Source of the DNA: Eledone cirrhosa
Taxonomy: Eukaryota
Direction: 5' to 3'
DNA length: 64,000 nucleotides
Assembly: GCA_964016885.1 (NCBI GenBank)
Contig: OZ024740.1
Coordinates: forward strand, 377,270,001 to 377,334,000
Below, one piece after another: positions 15,851-28,694 of this stretch. Position 1 is the stretch's first letter. Each line of letters begins with the position of its first letter. The notes beneath the pieces are model-generated. The model worked only from the letters and a program-made list of their open reading frames with translations. It was not told the origin of the DNA and searched no databases. The position numbers were made by a program, and so were the translations under genes.

Positions 15851-18800
15851 CAGTGGTCGCCAACATGGGTTCCGCGGAACCTTGGAGTTCCGTAAAACAA
15901 ACTCCGGGTTCCTTAAAAAAATAAATATTTACATTACCTTTAATATTTTGGGTTTTCTAAAAAAGGTGCAAAGAAAATGCCAAAGGTGCAATGTATAAAT
16001 GAACGAGTACTATTGTAGTGTACACAGGTTCTCCACTCCAATTCGTGGAAAACACTACTTTCAGTTTCTCACTTGAATTAACAGAAAAACACTGTTCTGA
16101 GATTCGTGGAAATTGAATACTTTCAATTTCACATCAATTCTTGGAAAGACATACTTTTCTGAATTCCGAGAATTTGACTACTACTAATTGAACTTAGAAA
16201 TTGACCAATCACGAACAAGTAAATGTTGGTCGGTGACAGCATAACTTTAAACTGAAAACCTCAATTCAGCGAGGTCTCTTAGCCGAGAGACAGGATCAGT
16301 TCGCTGTTCTCACGACGTAAGTTCAGTAGAATGTTTTCAATAGAGAACACGTTTTAATCTGCTGTCCTCACAAAAGCTTTAAAGTCGCCTAAAGTTTCCT
16401 CACAGAGTGAACTCGCTTACTAGTCGTTTTCAACATGCATCCAGTTCCACAGACAATTCTAAATAAGAACACGTTACATTCCGTTGTACTTTGCACAGAA
16501 AATATAACGCCTGTAAAGTTTCGACTACTAACAAAGGTAATTTTGTATTCCATGCATACGCTATAAACTTTGCCACACAATTATGTATTCATTTGATGAC
16601 ATCTGCATTCACAATTGAGAAATTACTTTCTATAATAAATATATATGTCCACAAACATTTGACTAAACTTTATTTGTTCCAATCTAATATATGTTTAACG
16701 CAGCCTAAAACCTTCTTATATTATATCTAACTTTGAGTCAAAATAGATAAAAGATATCTGAATTAATTTCCAATACCATCGTCACATTTTCTACACTATC
16801 AGCTGATTTTCATTTTTTGCACCTTTTAGTATGGCGGATATTTAAATATATTTACATTACCAATAATATTTAATACGACCCTAAAGTAGTATATGCAGGA
16901 AGTGCTGGACTCTGAAAAAAATTTCTTATAGTTGTTTATAAATTTGCACCTTTTTCAGTAACCCCTAATATTTTAATATTATTATAAGACTTTAAATAAT
17001 ATGTTTGCCATCCTAAAATGGAGAAATTTCAATTTTTAAAAATTAAAATTATTTTTTAACTAGTTAAGTTTTTCCAAATATCTAAAATTAAAGTTAATTT
17101 AAGTACTTTTTGTAATAAAAAAAACTTAATTTCTCTTGTTTATTAATGTCATATTAAAAATATTAACTGTAGATAAATAACCTTGATATGATGTCTACTG
17201 CAAAGAAGCTGAAGTTAGATACCAGCAGTAAGGTTAGACAGTGGTGTGATGATTATGTTAGATATGGATTTAAAAAAGCTGACACTAAAAAAGATACACC
17301 AGATCAGCCCATATGTTTGCTATGTTCAAAAGTTCTATCAAATAGCTGTTTAAATCCTGCAAAACTTAAAAGACACCTTGATACTAATCACACCAATGAT
17401 AAAAACAAGTCACTGGAATACTTTACATCAAACAACATCAACAAATCACAAGCTAATATGTATGACTTGTTTTGTAAAAAGTCAGATAGAAATAAAGCTT
17501 TAACAGGAACATCTTTTGAAATTTCACATTTGATTGGTAAAAACAAGAAACCATTTACATTAGGAGAACAGTTAATTCTGCCAAGTATAAAAATTGCTAC
17601 AGAGAATCTTTTTGAAAGCTGCAGTATTAAGGACAATGAAAAATTAAGCCAGTTACCATTGTCAGCAAATACCGTAAAAAGAAGGATAATTGATATTTCT
17701 TCAGATATAGAAAATCAGATATTAACTGCACTAAAGAAAATCACATGTTTTGGTCTGCAAGTGGACGAAACTACGGATATTAGTAACAAGGCTCAATTAA
17801 TTTGCTATGTACGGTTTGTAGACCTTGATAAAAAAGAATTAGTAGAAGAGTATTTGTTTTGTCTGGTATATGACAACACAACTAAAGGTCAAGATATATT
17901 CAATAAAATTGAAGAGTATTTTTTAAAAAATGGTGTATCTTGGAGCAAGTTGACTTCAATAACAACAGATGGAGCAGCAGCAATGACTGGTAAAAATTCT
18001 GGTTTGATTGCAAAAATTAAAGAACAGACTCCAAATTGTACTTCAAATCATTGTATGATTCATCGAGAGGTTTTGTGTTCAAAAAAATTCAAAGACAGAG
18101 ATGCTCAAATATTAAATGACCAGCTGAAAGACATTGTCAAAATTATCAATTTGCAAGAGCAAAAAATTCTAGAATGTTTGAATCTATTTGTGAATCTTCT
18201 GGAAGTAATTATAATAGATTGTTATTGAACAATGATGTGCGTTGGCTGTCCTTTGGGGATGCTATGAAGAGAGATTTTGAACTGAGAGAAGAAATAATAG
18301 TTTTTCTAAAAAAACAGAATGATGAAAGAGCAAGTGTATTAGAAACCAATGAATGGAATGTGCAACTCGCTTATTTAGTAGACATTTTTGGTGAACTGAA
18401 CAAACTAAATAAGTGTTCTCAGGGTAACAATGCAGATATTTTTACTTCAATCAATTTTATTACATATTTTCAATCAAAATTAAGCATCTTTATACAAAGA
18501 ATTGAATCGGACAATTACTCATTACTTTCAAACCTTGAAATAGAGCTTAAAAAGAAGATTATTCTTTCTCATTTAAATGTGCTTTCCACAAGTTTTTCAG
18601 ATTATTTTGACTTGATGGAAAAAGATATTGTTAGCAGAAATTTATGGATAAAAAACCCGTTCACCGAGATCGAGCAGTTAGTGTCAGAAAATGACGCTGG
18701 AAATTGTAAAAATTTACTACCTGCACAATGCTTACATCAGTTGATGGATTTGAATTCAAACGAAGACTTGAAAGTGATATTCGAAAGCAGAAAGAAAGAA

Positions 18801-19198
18801 CTATGGATCGACTTATTCTTGATTGGGTAGTTTAATGAAATCAGCCAACTTGCATTGAAATATTTGACTTTATTCCCATCTAGCTACTTGTGCGAAAAAG
18901 AGTTTTCGCAGTTGGTAGAAATCAGCACAAAGAAGATGAATAAACTTTCAGCAATTGACGAGTGTATGAGACTGGCATTAACTAGTGTTGAACCTCGATT
19001 TTCTAAACTCACTGATGAGGCGCAGCAGCAGAAAAGCCACTAGTTAATTGTGTTCGATTACATACACACGCATGAAACACTAAAATAAATAAATACTTTA
19101 TTATTTTTTTTTTGAAAAGTTTTTGTATTGTATAGGTTCCGTGAAGAATTCAAAATATTTAGAGGGTTCCTCGGTTTTAGAAAGGTTGGCGACCACTG
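15851..19198 (+). mobile_element. hAT DNA transposon, Buster/Charlie/SPIN group, both ends present
   Basis: TIRs CAGTGGTCGCCAAC (15851) and GTTGGCGACCACTG (ending 19198); 8-bp TSD atgTAaat / gtgTAaat with one mismatch and the central TA typical of Buster elements. Confidence 0.93.
17188..19043 (+). pseudogene. hAT transposase (BED finger, DDE core, dimerisation domain) disrupted by frameshifts
   Basis: YGF..PICLLC..LKRHL..H BED finger; LQVDETTD, ITTDGAAAM, HCMIH, VRWLS and SYLCEKEFS motifs; C-terminal QQKSH. Split over ORFs 17188-18228, 18174-18830 and 18855-19043. Confidence 0.92.
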
Positions 19199-19283
19199 GT
19201 GTAAATAAACATTTTCATAGACTTGCTGTGAAATTTTAGAAGCGGTGATTAACCCCCACTGGTATTTAGCAACCAAGCAGCAA

Positions 19284-19339
19284 GGAGCACTAACGGCGCT
19301 GTTTCTGTTTCATTAACCGTCGTCAGAGAGGTTAGCTCC
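19284..19339 (-). ncRNA. Type-I hammerhead ribozyme motif
   Basis: Reverse complement GGAGC..CTGACGA-cggttaatgaaaca-GAAAC-AGCGCC-GTT-agtGCTCC. Confidence 0.55.
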
Positions 19340-19438
19340 CTCTTGGATGCTAAGACGAAAATAAGCTAAAAGCATATAGGTTTTATGCATATGAACAGAT
19401 TTTATGCTGACGAAGTTCATTTGCATACAGAGCAAAAG

Positions 19439-19492
<54 letters not shown>

Positions 19493-20015
19493 ATATACGC
19501 AAATGGAAGTACAGCATATTCGAAGCTCGAGCCGCAGCTAAGCAAACGAATGCAATCAGAAGTGCAGCCAAGCACTCGATAAGGTATAAAACCTTAGAGT
19601 AATAACATTCCGTTTAAAGGGCTTTGCAAATTGAAGATAGCGACTGGTAAATCAGCCGCGGGGACCGTAGCAACGAAAGAACTGACTCGCGAGAAATAAT
19701 ACATATATATATATACTCTCTCTATATATATATTATATATATACATATATATGTCTGTGTGTGTGTGTAAAAGCGTTGAAATATCCGAGACCTCCAATAG
19801 ATAACTGATGAGGACCCCCCTCCCCCGTTCTTGCTTTCTTATTCTCATTCCATTTGTAAGCCTAACTTAACTAGCAACCTCACAGTCAATTCTATTCTCT
19901 TTATATATATATGTATATATAATGAAGTATTTCCGTAGGAAAGGTAAAGGAAAAGAAAGTGCTCTGTGTAGGCTACAGAGATTTTTAGTTATGTAATAAA
20001 CAACATAAGATAATT

Positions 20016-20080
20016 ATTTCATTTACCAGTGGTTTCTTGAAGACAGATATTTATGTCTGTCTTCATTCATCAGAAGAAAT
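20016..20080 (-). ncRNA. Type-I hammerhead ribozyme
   Basis: Reverse complement atttctt-CTGATGA-a-TGAAGACAGA..TCTGTCTTCA-a-GAAACCACTGGTA-aatgaaat; same family as 28136-28199. Confidence 0.8.
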
Positions 20081-20629
20081 ATTTATTTAATATGGAATAG
20101 TGATATAGAATTGAAAACAGAGTTTAGGATAAATGAAAGTGAGGCTGAAAAAAAATAACGGGCATAAATTGAGGGTGAAAAAAATATAAATATCCAAATA
20201 CGTAAACATACACATACACAAACTCACGCATATATGTAATAGTACGTAAACATATACATTCACACATAAGTATAAGTGCCTCTGAATGGAAATACAAATA
20301 CACACATATATACATGCGATCTGCACATACAAAAATGTGTATATATACATACGCACATCTTCCTGTACACGCACGCGCGCGCGCACGCTTACACTTAAGT
20401 GTGCACATAGTAAAGATATATATACACACAGACATAAATACAAACGTAGACAGACACACATGCAAAAATCTAACTGGGAAGTAGTTAGTAGAACAGAGAT
20501 AAATAAATAAAATCAAAAAGATAAAAAAAATCAAGAAATATATAAAGAATAAGAAATAAATATAAAAACATAAAGGGACGGGTTGAAAACGAAAGGTGGG
20601 GGGGATAATAAATAAATATATATATATTT

Positions 20630-21495
20630 ATATAATATATTAACAAATGGAAACTATATTTATAAAACCATATTTATTTCATTATACATATTTCATGGAC
20701 ACCAAACCAAATTATGGTGCGCTTTCATCAGATAAAATATAATATAGATCAGTTTTATAAAGAAATATTGACATACCCTTAAAAGAATGCGACTATGTCT
20801 GTTGGAAGCTCCCCGATAGTGGGGTTACTGATTTTATTATTGGTCTATTTTGCAAATTAGTGTCGGAGAGGTTTAAATCCCATACATTTAAATTAAGCCG
20901 TTGGAATAGGGAAAAAAAGAAAAGGAGAAAGAAAGAGCAAACCCAAAGAAGGAAACCAAAAGAAAAGAAGAGGAAAAGGAATATGAAAAACAAAAGAAAG
21001 AGAAAGAGAGAAAACCCTAAGTGAGAGAGTGTTGTATTAACGTAGTTTTATGAGATGATGAAGCGAAAAGAAAAATATATAGTGGCTGAGTTAGCGTGGA
21101 TAGATAAATAAATAGATAGTAGTAACCGGAGAAATTTATCTAATGTTTAAATTTGATTACATTATTGAGATCTATAAATTAAAAATTTTCTTTTTCTTTC
21201 TCCTTTTATTTTTTTCCCTATTCCAACGGCTTAATTTAAATGTACGGGATTTAAACCTCTCCGACACTAATTTGCATAATAGACCAATAATAAAATTAGT
21301 AACCCCACTATCCGGGAGCTTCCAACAGACATGGTCGCATTCTTTTAAGGGTATGTCAATATTTGTTTATAAAACTGATCTATATTATATTTTATCTGAT
21401 GAAAGCGCACCTTAATTTGCTTTGGTGTCCTTGAAATATGTATAATGAAATAAATATGGTTTTATAAATATAGTTTCCATTTGTTAATATATTGT
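20630..21495. mobile_element. Non-coding PLE remnant: ~290-bp inverted repeats (20630-20925 / 21190-21495), each with an HHR
   Basis: The arms are reverse complements. HHRs at 20675-20739 (-) and 21388-21452 (+): tattttat-CTGATGA-aagcgcacc..ggtgtcctt-GAAA-TATGTA-TA-atgaaata. Confidence 0.8.
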
Positions 21496-22848
21496 ATTTT
21501 TACTCCAAAAATTTGTTGAGTGTTTTATATCACTTATAAAAATATTTGCTTATTAAATATTTGCAAATTAAATATAACTTCTACATATATATTTAAATAT
21601 CGAAATAACACGATGATACTTGCAAACGAAAGACTGCGTGATTTTTTGTGTGTGTAAAGTTATCCCTTTATTTACACTGTGCTACAGAATTTCGCCAATA
21701 TTCATAGATATTGGCATCTCATGTTATATGGTTCATGTCACTTCCTCGTTTCCGTGGGTATATAGGCTGAAAGATGGTTTGTTGTTATTCTCCCCGCTGG
21801 AAGGTCGATTTCTATTTGTCACGGAGCGCTAAATTTAGCTCCTTTTATATTACAATCCACTCTGTTTTTAAAAAACATTAAAAAATTGTTAAAATGGTAG
21901 TAAAATTTTCTGAATGTTAACGTGCATGCTACGTACATACCTATGCACACATACATGCTACGTAATAAAGTGTACAGTACGTATATACACTACTGAACGA
22001 GCTAACACATATAGACATTCAAGCCATAATCTCATCGAGATCATCAATCAAACAGTAGCGATCGTATTCTGGAGCTGCAAGCACGAAAGCCATTTTCTTA
22101 TGCATTATTTACCATACAACAATACAGATGAAAAAAGGTCAGGGATGTGTTTGCTAGTTTAAAAGCATTCACGTGGATGAGGGTTAAAATAAGTCATCAT
22201 TTAAGGAAGAAATGCTTAAGGTGGGATAGAGAATATTATGTCAGAATATGCTGTAAAATCATGTTTAGTTTGTAATAGACTTTGGTCATAGCTCCTCTTA
22301 TTAATTTCTAATTAGCAGTAGAGCACTCTCCATAAATAAATACTTCACTTAGAGGAAGCAACATATGTCATAAGTGACATATGTAGATCTATGTACCACA
22401 TATGTGTCTACGAAGTGGATTTTAACCTATGCTTACCTCAGTTCAATTGGACAAGTTTTCTCTGCTACATATTAAAGGAGTTTTCACGTCTTTTCTTTTC
22501 GTTTTGCTTGTCTGTTTTATATTAATTCAATGTGACTATTGCTCTATATAAATGTCAGTCTCACAAGAATATGCCTTTACTCAACAGTAATTGAAGATTC
22601 GAATAGATGAAGAGTCTTTCCCATCTGGTATGGCTGCATGAGAAATTCATTCTTGCATGAGAATTTCATTCTTTCCGGACATTTGTATTTACATGGATAT
22701 TATTCGTAACTCCGTTAATTTCTAATAAGGAATAAAGCACCCATAGCCATTAAATACTTCATTTAGATTAACCAAGATTTACTATATGGAGAATATGTTC
22801 GACTATATATATATATATATATTTATATATATTATATATATATATATT

Positions 22849-22900
<52 letters not shown>

Positions 22901-22902
<2 letters not shown>

Positions 22903-23080
22903 ACGAAGGAAGTGTGGTAAGGAACCAGGTGGACGGTAACGCACCAGAGTACTCGATACTTAAGGGTAGGAGATTGGATAATTTTAAAAGAGCTCACGCT
23001 GTTTCAACGGCTATTTCTGGACTCCAGAAATAGACGACGAAACGGCTTGAGCTCTGCCATCGGGGTCTTGAACATTTTCC
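22901..23080. mobile_element. Fold-back PLE pseudo-LTR fragment inside (TA)n
   Basis: 22901-22975 is the reverse complement of 3240-3315; a palindrome centred near 23021 joins two HHR 3' halves. Confidence 0.7.
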
Positions 23081-23100
23081 TATATATATATATATATATT

Positions 23101-26030
23101 AGTTGGGGAGGGTCATATTTGTGTAATATTGCCAGAATTAATAACTGAACACACTCACTGTTTGGTTGGTTTTCGCTTTTCGCTTCTGTGTCTTTTATAT
23201 CGGTTAATTTAATTTATTCGGTCCTTAATGTTGCCATTGACTGACCAACGGTCAAAAATACAGATACAATATAGACACAAAAACATATATATAGTTTATC
23301 AAAGTTCTTTCGTTGCACATCTGCAACATCGTCAGTGGTGCTATTGTTTCCTCCCGTTGCATTGTATTTTCTACGCCATCATTATTTAGTCTGTTTATAT
23401 ATTTATTTATTTGTTTATTTTATTTTGTCTTCTTTGTGTGTGTTTATATGTGTTTGTTGTTATTGTGCTTGTGTATGTATTTATTTATTTATTTATCTAT
23501 TTATATATTTATTTATACTTCTCTTAGGTCAGTGTTGTTTGTTTGGGTGTTGTTATTCCATTCCTTTTTTCTGTTTAGCCTTGGCCTTCTAAGTTCTATT
23601 TCACTGACCTCTCTGATTTGCCTATCTGCTGGGTCATTTCTATGTTTAGATATTATTCTAATTTCTATGTTATCTATGTTACCGTCGTGTTGTTGTCTGG
23701 CATGTTCGTATAGTACTGAACCGTTTGTTCGTCCTTTTAGTTCCCCCCAGTGTTGGTCTATCCTTTCACCTATGCTACGAGCTGTCTCGCCTATGTATGT
23801 TGTTGTCATGTTTCTGCAAGTACCCTCTGTACATCTTATGCTATAGACTACGTTTCTAGTTTTACAGTTTATCCGGGGGTTTACCTTACACATGATACAT
23901 TTCCTATTAGTACAGTGGGATTTCTTAAAAGGATAGATTTTGCTGATCAGGGATTTTATGGTGGTTCCTGGCTTTTCTACCACCTTAATCTTTAAGTGGG
24001 TTTTTCTCAGGGCCTTTCTACACTGGTTACCTAATTTCCCTCCAGGGGTAGCGTCCACAAACATGACACTCTTGTATCTCTGGTTGTCGTACCATGAGAT
24101 GGTTTTCCCTATCTTATGTCTAGCCCTATCTAAGCTATTCCATGATTTGCTCCTGGCACATTCCTTTCATGTCCAGTTCTATGAGGGTCTTATACTTCTC
24201 CGTGGCTCCTTCGTATACTCTGATTCTGTCTCTTTGATTGTAGTCAGAGAACTGCATGCGGTTGATGAAGTGTTGGATGTGTCTTTCCATTTCTGCTGGG
24301 TCGCACATGCGGGACACGTTCTTCATCACTCGTACCAAGTCTGCAATCAGAATATTAAACTTAGCACTACTGGACATTGCTGAGTTTTTTATTATCGGGT
24401 ATTTGGAGGCCATGGGTTTAGCATAGTGTGAGTGGCGAATTTGGGCTCTCTAGTCTATAGTGTTAATCCAGAGTTCCGTGTCTAATAAAGGTAGTCTATT
24501 GTTAGGATGTTTGGAAGGGTAGTCGATAGTTACAGTTATACTTTGGTGTATGGAATTAGCTATCTGCTGGATGCTTTCCATTGTGCTACGTTCTAAATCA
24601 AACTTGTTAGTGTTCTCTTGTGAGGATGTTCTTATAACTATATTGATATCGTCTACATAACGATAGTACATGATGAGGTCTATGGAGCTCTCATTAAGGA
24701 GATCTTTAAGTCTTCTTTCCCACCATACCATAAAAAAGTTGGCAACGTCACCAGCTATGCTGACGCCAATGGCTGCTCCCTCATTTTGGGTGTGATCTTC
24801 TCGTTGAACTTGAATATGTGGCCCTTTAGGGTAGTTTTGATACTAGCCCCTATTGCATGCGCGACCATTTTTCTTACCTGATCATTGTTTTGGGGGGTCC
24901 GTATAGCTTTGGTCCACCCAATCCACCTTCCCATAGGTGTCTTTTTAGCCATTGAGGTTATGGTGGGGGTCTACCTTTTATGGGTCTACTGGGGCAGAAA
25001 CGTCTACGGTCAGAGCTGTCTAGGTAGTCAGTGTCGTAGGTAAGTCTAAGTAGGAAGCCCAGTTCGTCTGTGTCGACGTCGCAGAACTCCACCTCACTCT
25101 CAATGATCATCTCCACACATTTTTCCACAGCAAAATCAATGTTAATGGATCGGTAGTGATACCACATCCATGCTGCCTATTATGCAGTTGGATAGGTTCC
25201 TGTTTTTGTTGCACTCACTGATTCTGCTGAGGAGGTCCTCTGTACTGTCACATACATCTGGGGACATCTTGATTATGGGGCGTATAACCATTGAGAGGAA
25301 GTAGGAGATCCTGTAGTTGCTAGCTATATTTGCTCTGCATACGGGTCTTGTTGGTGGTCCTGTTGTCGGGTCATCGACTGTCTTGTGGTCTTTGCGGAGC
25401 CCATAAAAGGGTGGTATGCCATTGTTAGACGCCTGGAAGTTGTTGGCAGTGCGTCTGCTTGGCTCTAGGATGTCGGTTCACATCATCATGTGAGCCATGA
25501 GGATTTTCTATCTCCCATCATGTATTTCCTGTGCAATTTCGCTCGGCTTGGGGATGTGGGGTTGCATAGCCTTGATGTAGTTCACATGCTATCTATTGAC
25601 ATCCTACCAGACTTATCCGTGGGTAGACATACTACCTCACAATCCCTTGTGCGCTGCTTGAGCCTAACCGAGCCTTCTACAGGTTTCCTCCCAAGTTGTT
25701 GGACCTCTGGTCTGCTCTGTCTCTTAGTATACCGGTCTACTATTTGTCTAATCTTATTTTACTCCTTTTAGTTCCCCCCAGTGTTGGTCTATCCTTTCAT
25801 CTATGCTACGAGCTGTTTCTCCTATGTATGTTGTTGTCATGTTTCTGCAAGTACTCTCTGTACATCTTATGCTATAGACTACGTTTCTAGTTTTACAGTT
25901 TATCCGGGGATTTACCTTACATATGATACATTTCCTATTAGTACAGTGGGTTTTCTTAAAAGGTGGTTCCTGGCTTTTCTACCACCTGGCAATATTACAC
26001 AAATATGACCCTCCCCAAGCATAACAATAT
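23101..26030 (-). mobile_element. Penelope-like retroelement copy A (RT + GIY-YIG, decayed) with partial tandem duplication and inverted terminal tip
   Basis: ORFs 23513-24064 (NVVYSI..YIGETAR GIY-YIG), 24135-24413, 24450-24731 (RYVDD), 24755-24952 and 24958-25167; HHR at 23298-23339. 25765-25985 duplicates 23735-23985, and 25987-26030 is the element 3' tip in opposite orientation. Confidence 0.92.
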
Positions 26031-26088
26031 TTGTTTCGACACACAATTTCATATCAAAAACCTCGCAAAACTAATATATATATATATA

Positions 26089-28052
26089 CTAGCAGATTTA
26101 CCCGGTGCCTCGGGGTTTGAAATTATGCTACGAATATACAGCTAGGAAGTAAAAGAAGAACATTATTTGTCTCCAACCTGTCAAAATAAGCAGAAGTCTT
26201 CAATAATTAATGCAAACGAATATTTAGTTCAATCTTTGTACACATAAAACTATGTTGATAATGAAGGAAAACACTGAACAGGATGTAGTTATACAAATGA
26301 TTAAAGACAATACACGTTGCAAATCTGTAAAAAAACAGGCAGTTTTGCAAAAGTACAAAAAGTTGTAATGAAAGTAGAGTTGTATACAAACAAAAAAACA
26401 ATGAGAGTAGAATAAGAGAAAATCTATTCTTTGAGAGCATCCTTTGCTGTGTATGGTTAAATTTTTAACTTATAATCCAAAATATCCTGCATGACATATT
26501 CATTGGTATGTTTCGTAATGAGTAAGGTGCAGTCAAGGCAGAGCTGTAATAAGTTTTTTTGTTAACACCAAAGCACTTCAGGATAGACGATATTCTTTGT
26601 TTTTTCTTTTCGGAACAAACGCAAAGAGATTATCTCGACTGCCAACTCGTGAGCAGACGTTTTGCATCTAAAGAGATCATTTGAAACGCAATGTTGTACT
26701 GTCGGATATGCTTCAGAAAATCACGTGATTGTGAATGCTTACCTATTAGAAGCCTCTGGAGAGGTTGCGGTGGTTCCCTAAGGGTGGGCAAATTAACCTT
26801 ACCGTTGGAGCAGCACATTCCAGCTTATCCCCCCCCCCCCACTTTTCATATATTTGAATATCAGGATGGATTTGATAGTTTACATTAGGGTCATAATTAA
26901 TTGCCTTAAGGTACTATCGTGAGCGTGATGCCTTTGAAATACCCCGCGATAAAGCTCTACGTTGAGCGTTACCCTCCAGCCGAATAGCTCAACTTGTTAC
27001 AGTCTCTACAGTTTGTGCCGTAGCAGTAGCTGAAGCATTTCTCAAATGCCGACTTTGACGTTCTTGCTCAGTCTCAATTGCTCTTGCTACAACATTAGCT
27101 GAAGCATTACGCGCACGGCGTCTTTCATATGTTTGTACTGTCTCTGCTGATCTTGCTGCAGCAGTATCTGTAACATCCATAGCAAGGCGTGTTTCACGTT
27201 GCTCTGTAGTCTCTGCAGCTCGTGCTGCAGCAGTTGCTTTAGCATTATTGGTTCGCCGCACTAACCGACGCTCAGCGGCGGACAAAGATGTTGCGATAAC
27301 TGTACTCACCGCATTTAGTGATTGTCTATTTTCGGTTATCGGCGGAGCGTCATTTACACGCATTGTTTTCTTCGACCGATGGCCAATATGTGCATACTTT
27401 CTTTTACGGGGCATATTTGGTGAAAAGTTGTAAAGTCAAAATGAATGAATTTAAGCGTTACAGTTAACTTTGAAAGTGCAACAAATTTTTTTTTTGTATC
27501 AACATGGCTTCTGAAAGTTTTAAAAATGTAAAAGTTGTAGGTCCCAATGGTTTGAATGGAAAGTCCCATAACAATTGTTCTAAAAATAAACAAACCATGA
27601 TCAAAATCTCGTCAATTCGAGACTGCTGCGAGATTAGGCCTTTAATGCTAAAATTAACACTTAATATAGTGAAAAAAGTTAAAACAACAAGTGTTTTTTT
27701 TTATTTTGAAAGGGCAACAAAGAATAAACAAGAAACAAACGATAATATTAGTGATTTATCTTCAAATGAATGTGATGTTTATATTTCTGAAAAGTTGGTT
27801 ATCTCCTATTTTTATAAGGATTGTCAATAAAGTTTGTTATCTCCCTTGCATCAATTTTTCTACCGATAATTTTAATATCGATGTTTTATTGCTCAACGTG
27901 AGTCGATTTGAAAAATATTTGTGATGTGAAAATCTTAGCGACCTGTGCAAAGTGCACAGAAAATTTGGTCAAATTCAGTTGGTAATTGTAAAAGCCTTAA
28001 GTATGCAAAGTTGGACACAGACACACACACATCCTCGCTTTAATATATTTAA

Positions 28053-28055
<3 letters not shown>
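26089..28055 (-). mobile_element. Internally deleted Helitron with intact termini
   Basis: On the minus strand: 5' A|TC at 28055, 3' hairpin CCCG-aggcac-CGGG then CTAG|T at 26089. ORF 26989-27414 has STPR-like ET.EQR..RL repeats; ORF 26630-26818 (CCSNGKVNLP..PP..FLKHIRQYNIAFQM) is the Helitron Rep N-terminal region. Confidence 0.88.
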
Positions 28056-28089
<34 letters not shown>

Positions 28090-28135
28090 TTGCATTTTTG
28101 TTTTTAAAATCAAAATTCAATAAACAGACCAGGAT

Positions 28136-28199
28136 TTTTTCATTCTGAGGATTGAAAGCAAAATCTTTTGCTTTTAAGAAACCACTGGTAAATGGAAAA
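28136..28199 (+). ncRNA. Type-I hammerhead ribozyme
   Basis: ttttcatt-CTGAGGA-TTGAAAGCAAAA-tc-TTTTGCTTTTAA-GAAACCACTGGTA-aatggaaa, with all three stems present. Confidence 0.82.
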
Positions 28200-28224
28200 A
28201 TTGCCTTATGTTGTTTATTACATA

Positions 28225-28235
28225 ACTATATATAT

Positions 28236-28266
<31 letters not shown>

Positions 28267-28453
28267 AATATATATATATATAAATATATAAATATATATA
28301 TATAAATATATAAATATATATATATAAATATATAAATATATAAATATATATATATAAATATATAAATATATATATATATATATAAATATATATATATAGA
28401 TATATATATATATATATAAATATATATATATAAATATATATATATAGATATAT

Positions 28454-28486
<33 letters not shown>

Positions 28487-28521
28487 GATATATATATATA
28501 TATATAAATATATATATATAA

Positions 28522-28594
<73 letters not shown>

Positions 28595-28635
28595 AATATA
28601 TATATATAAATATATATATATAAATATATATATAC

Positions 28636-28692
<57 letters not shown>
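28225..28692. repeat. (TA)n microsatellite with TAAA interruptions
   Basis: Direct inspection. Confidence 0.95.
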
Positions 28693-28694
<2 letters not shown>

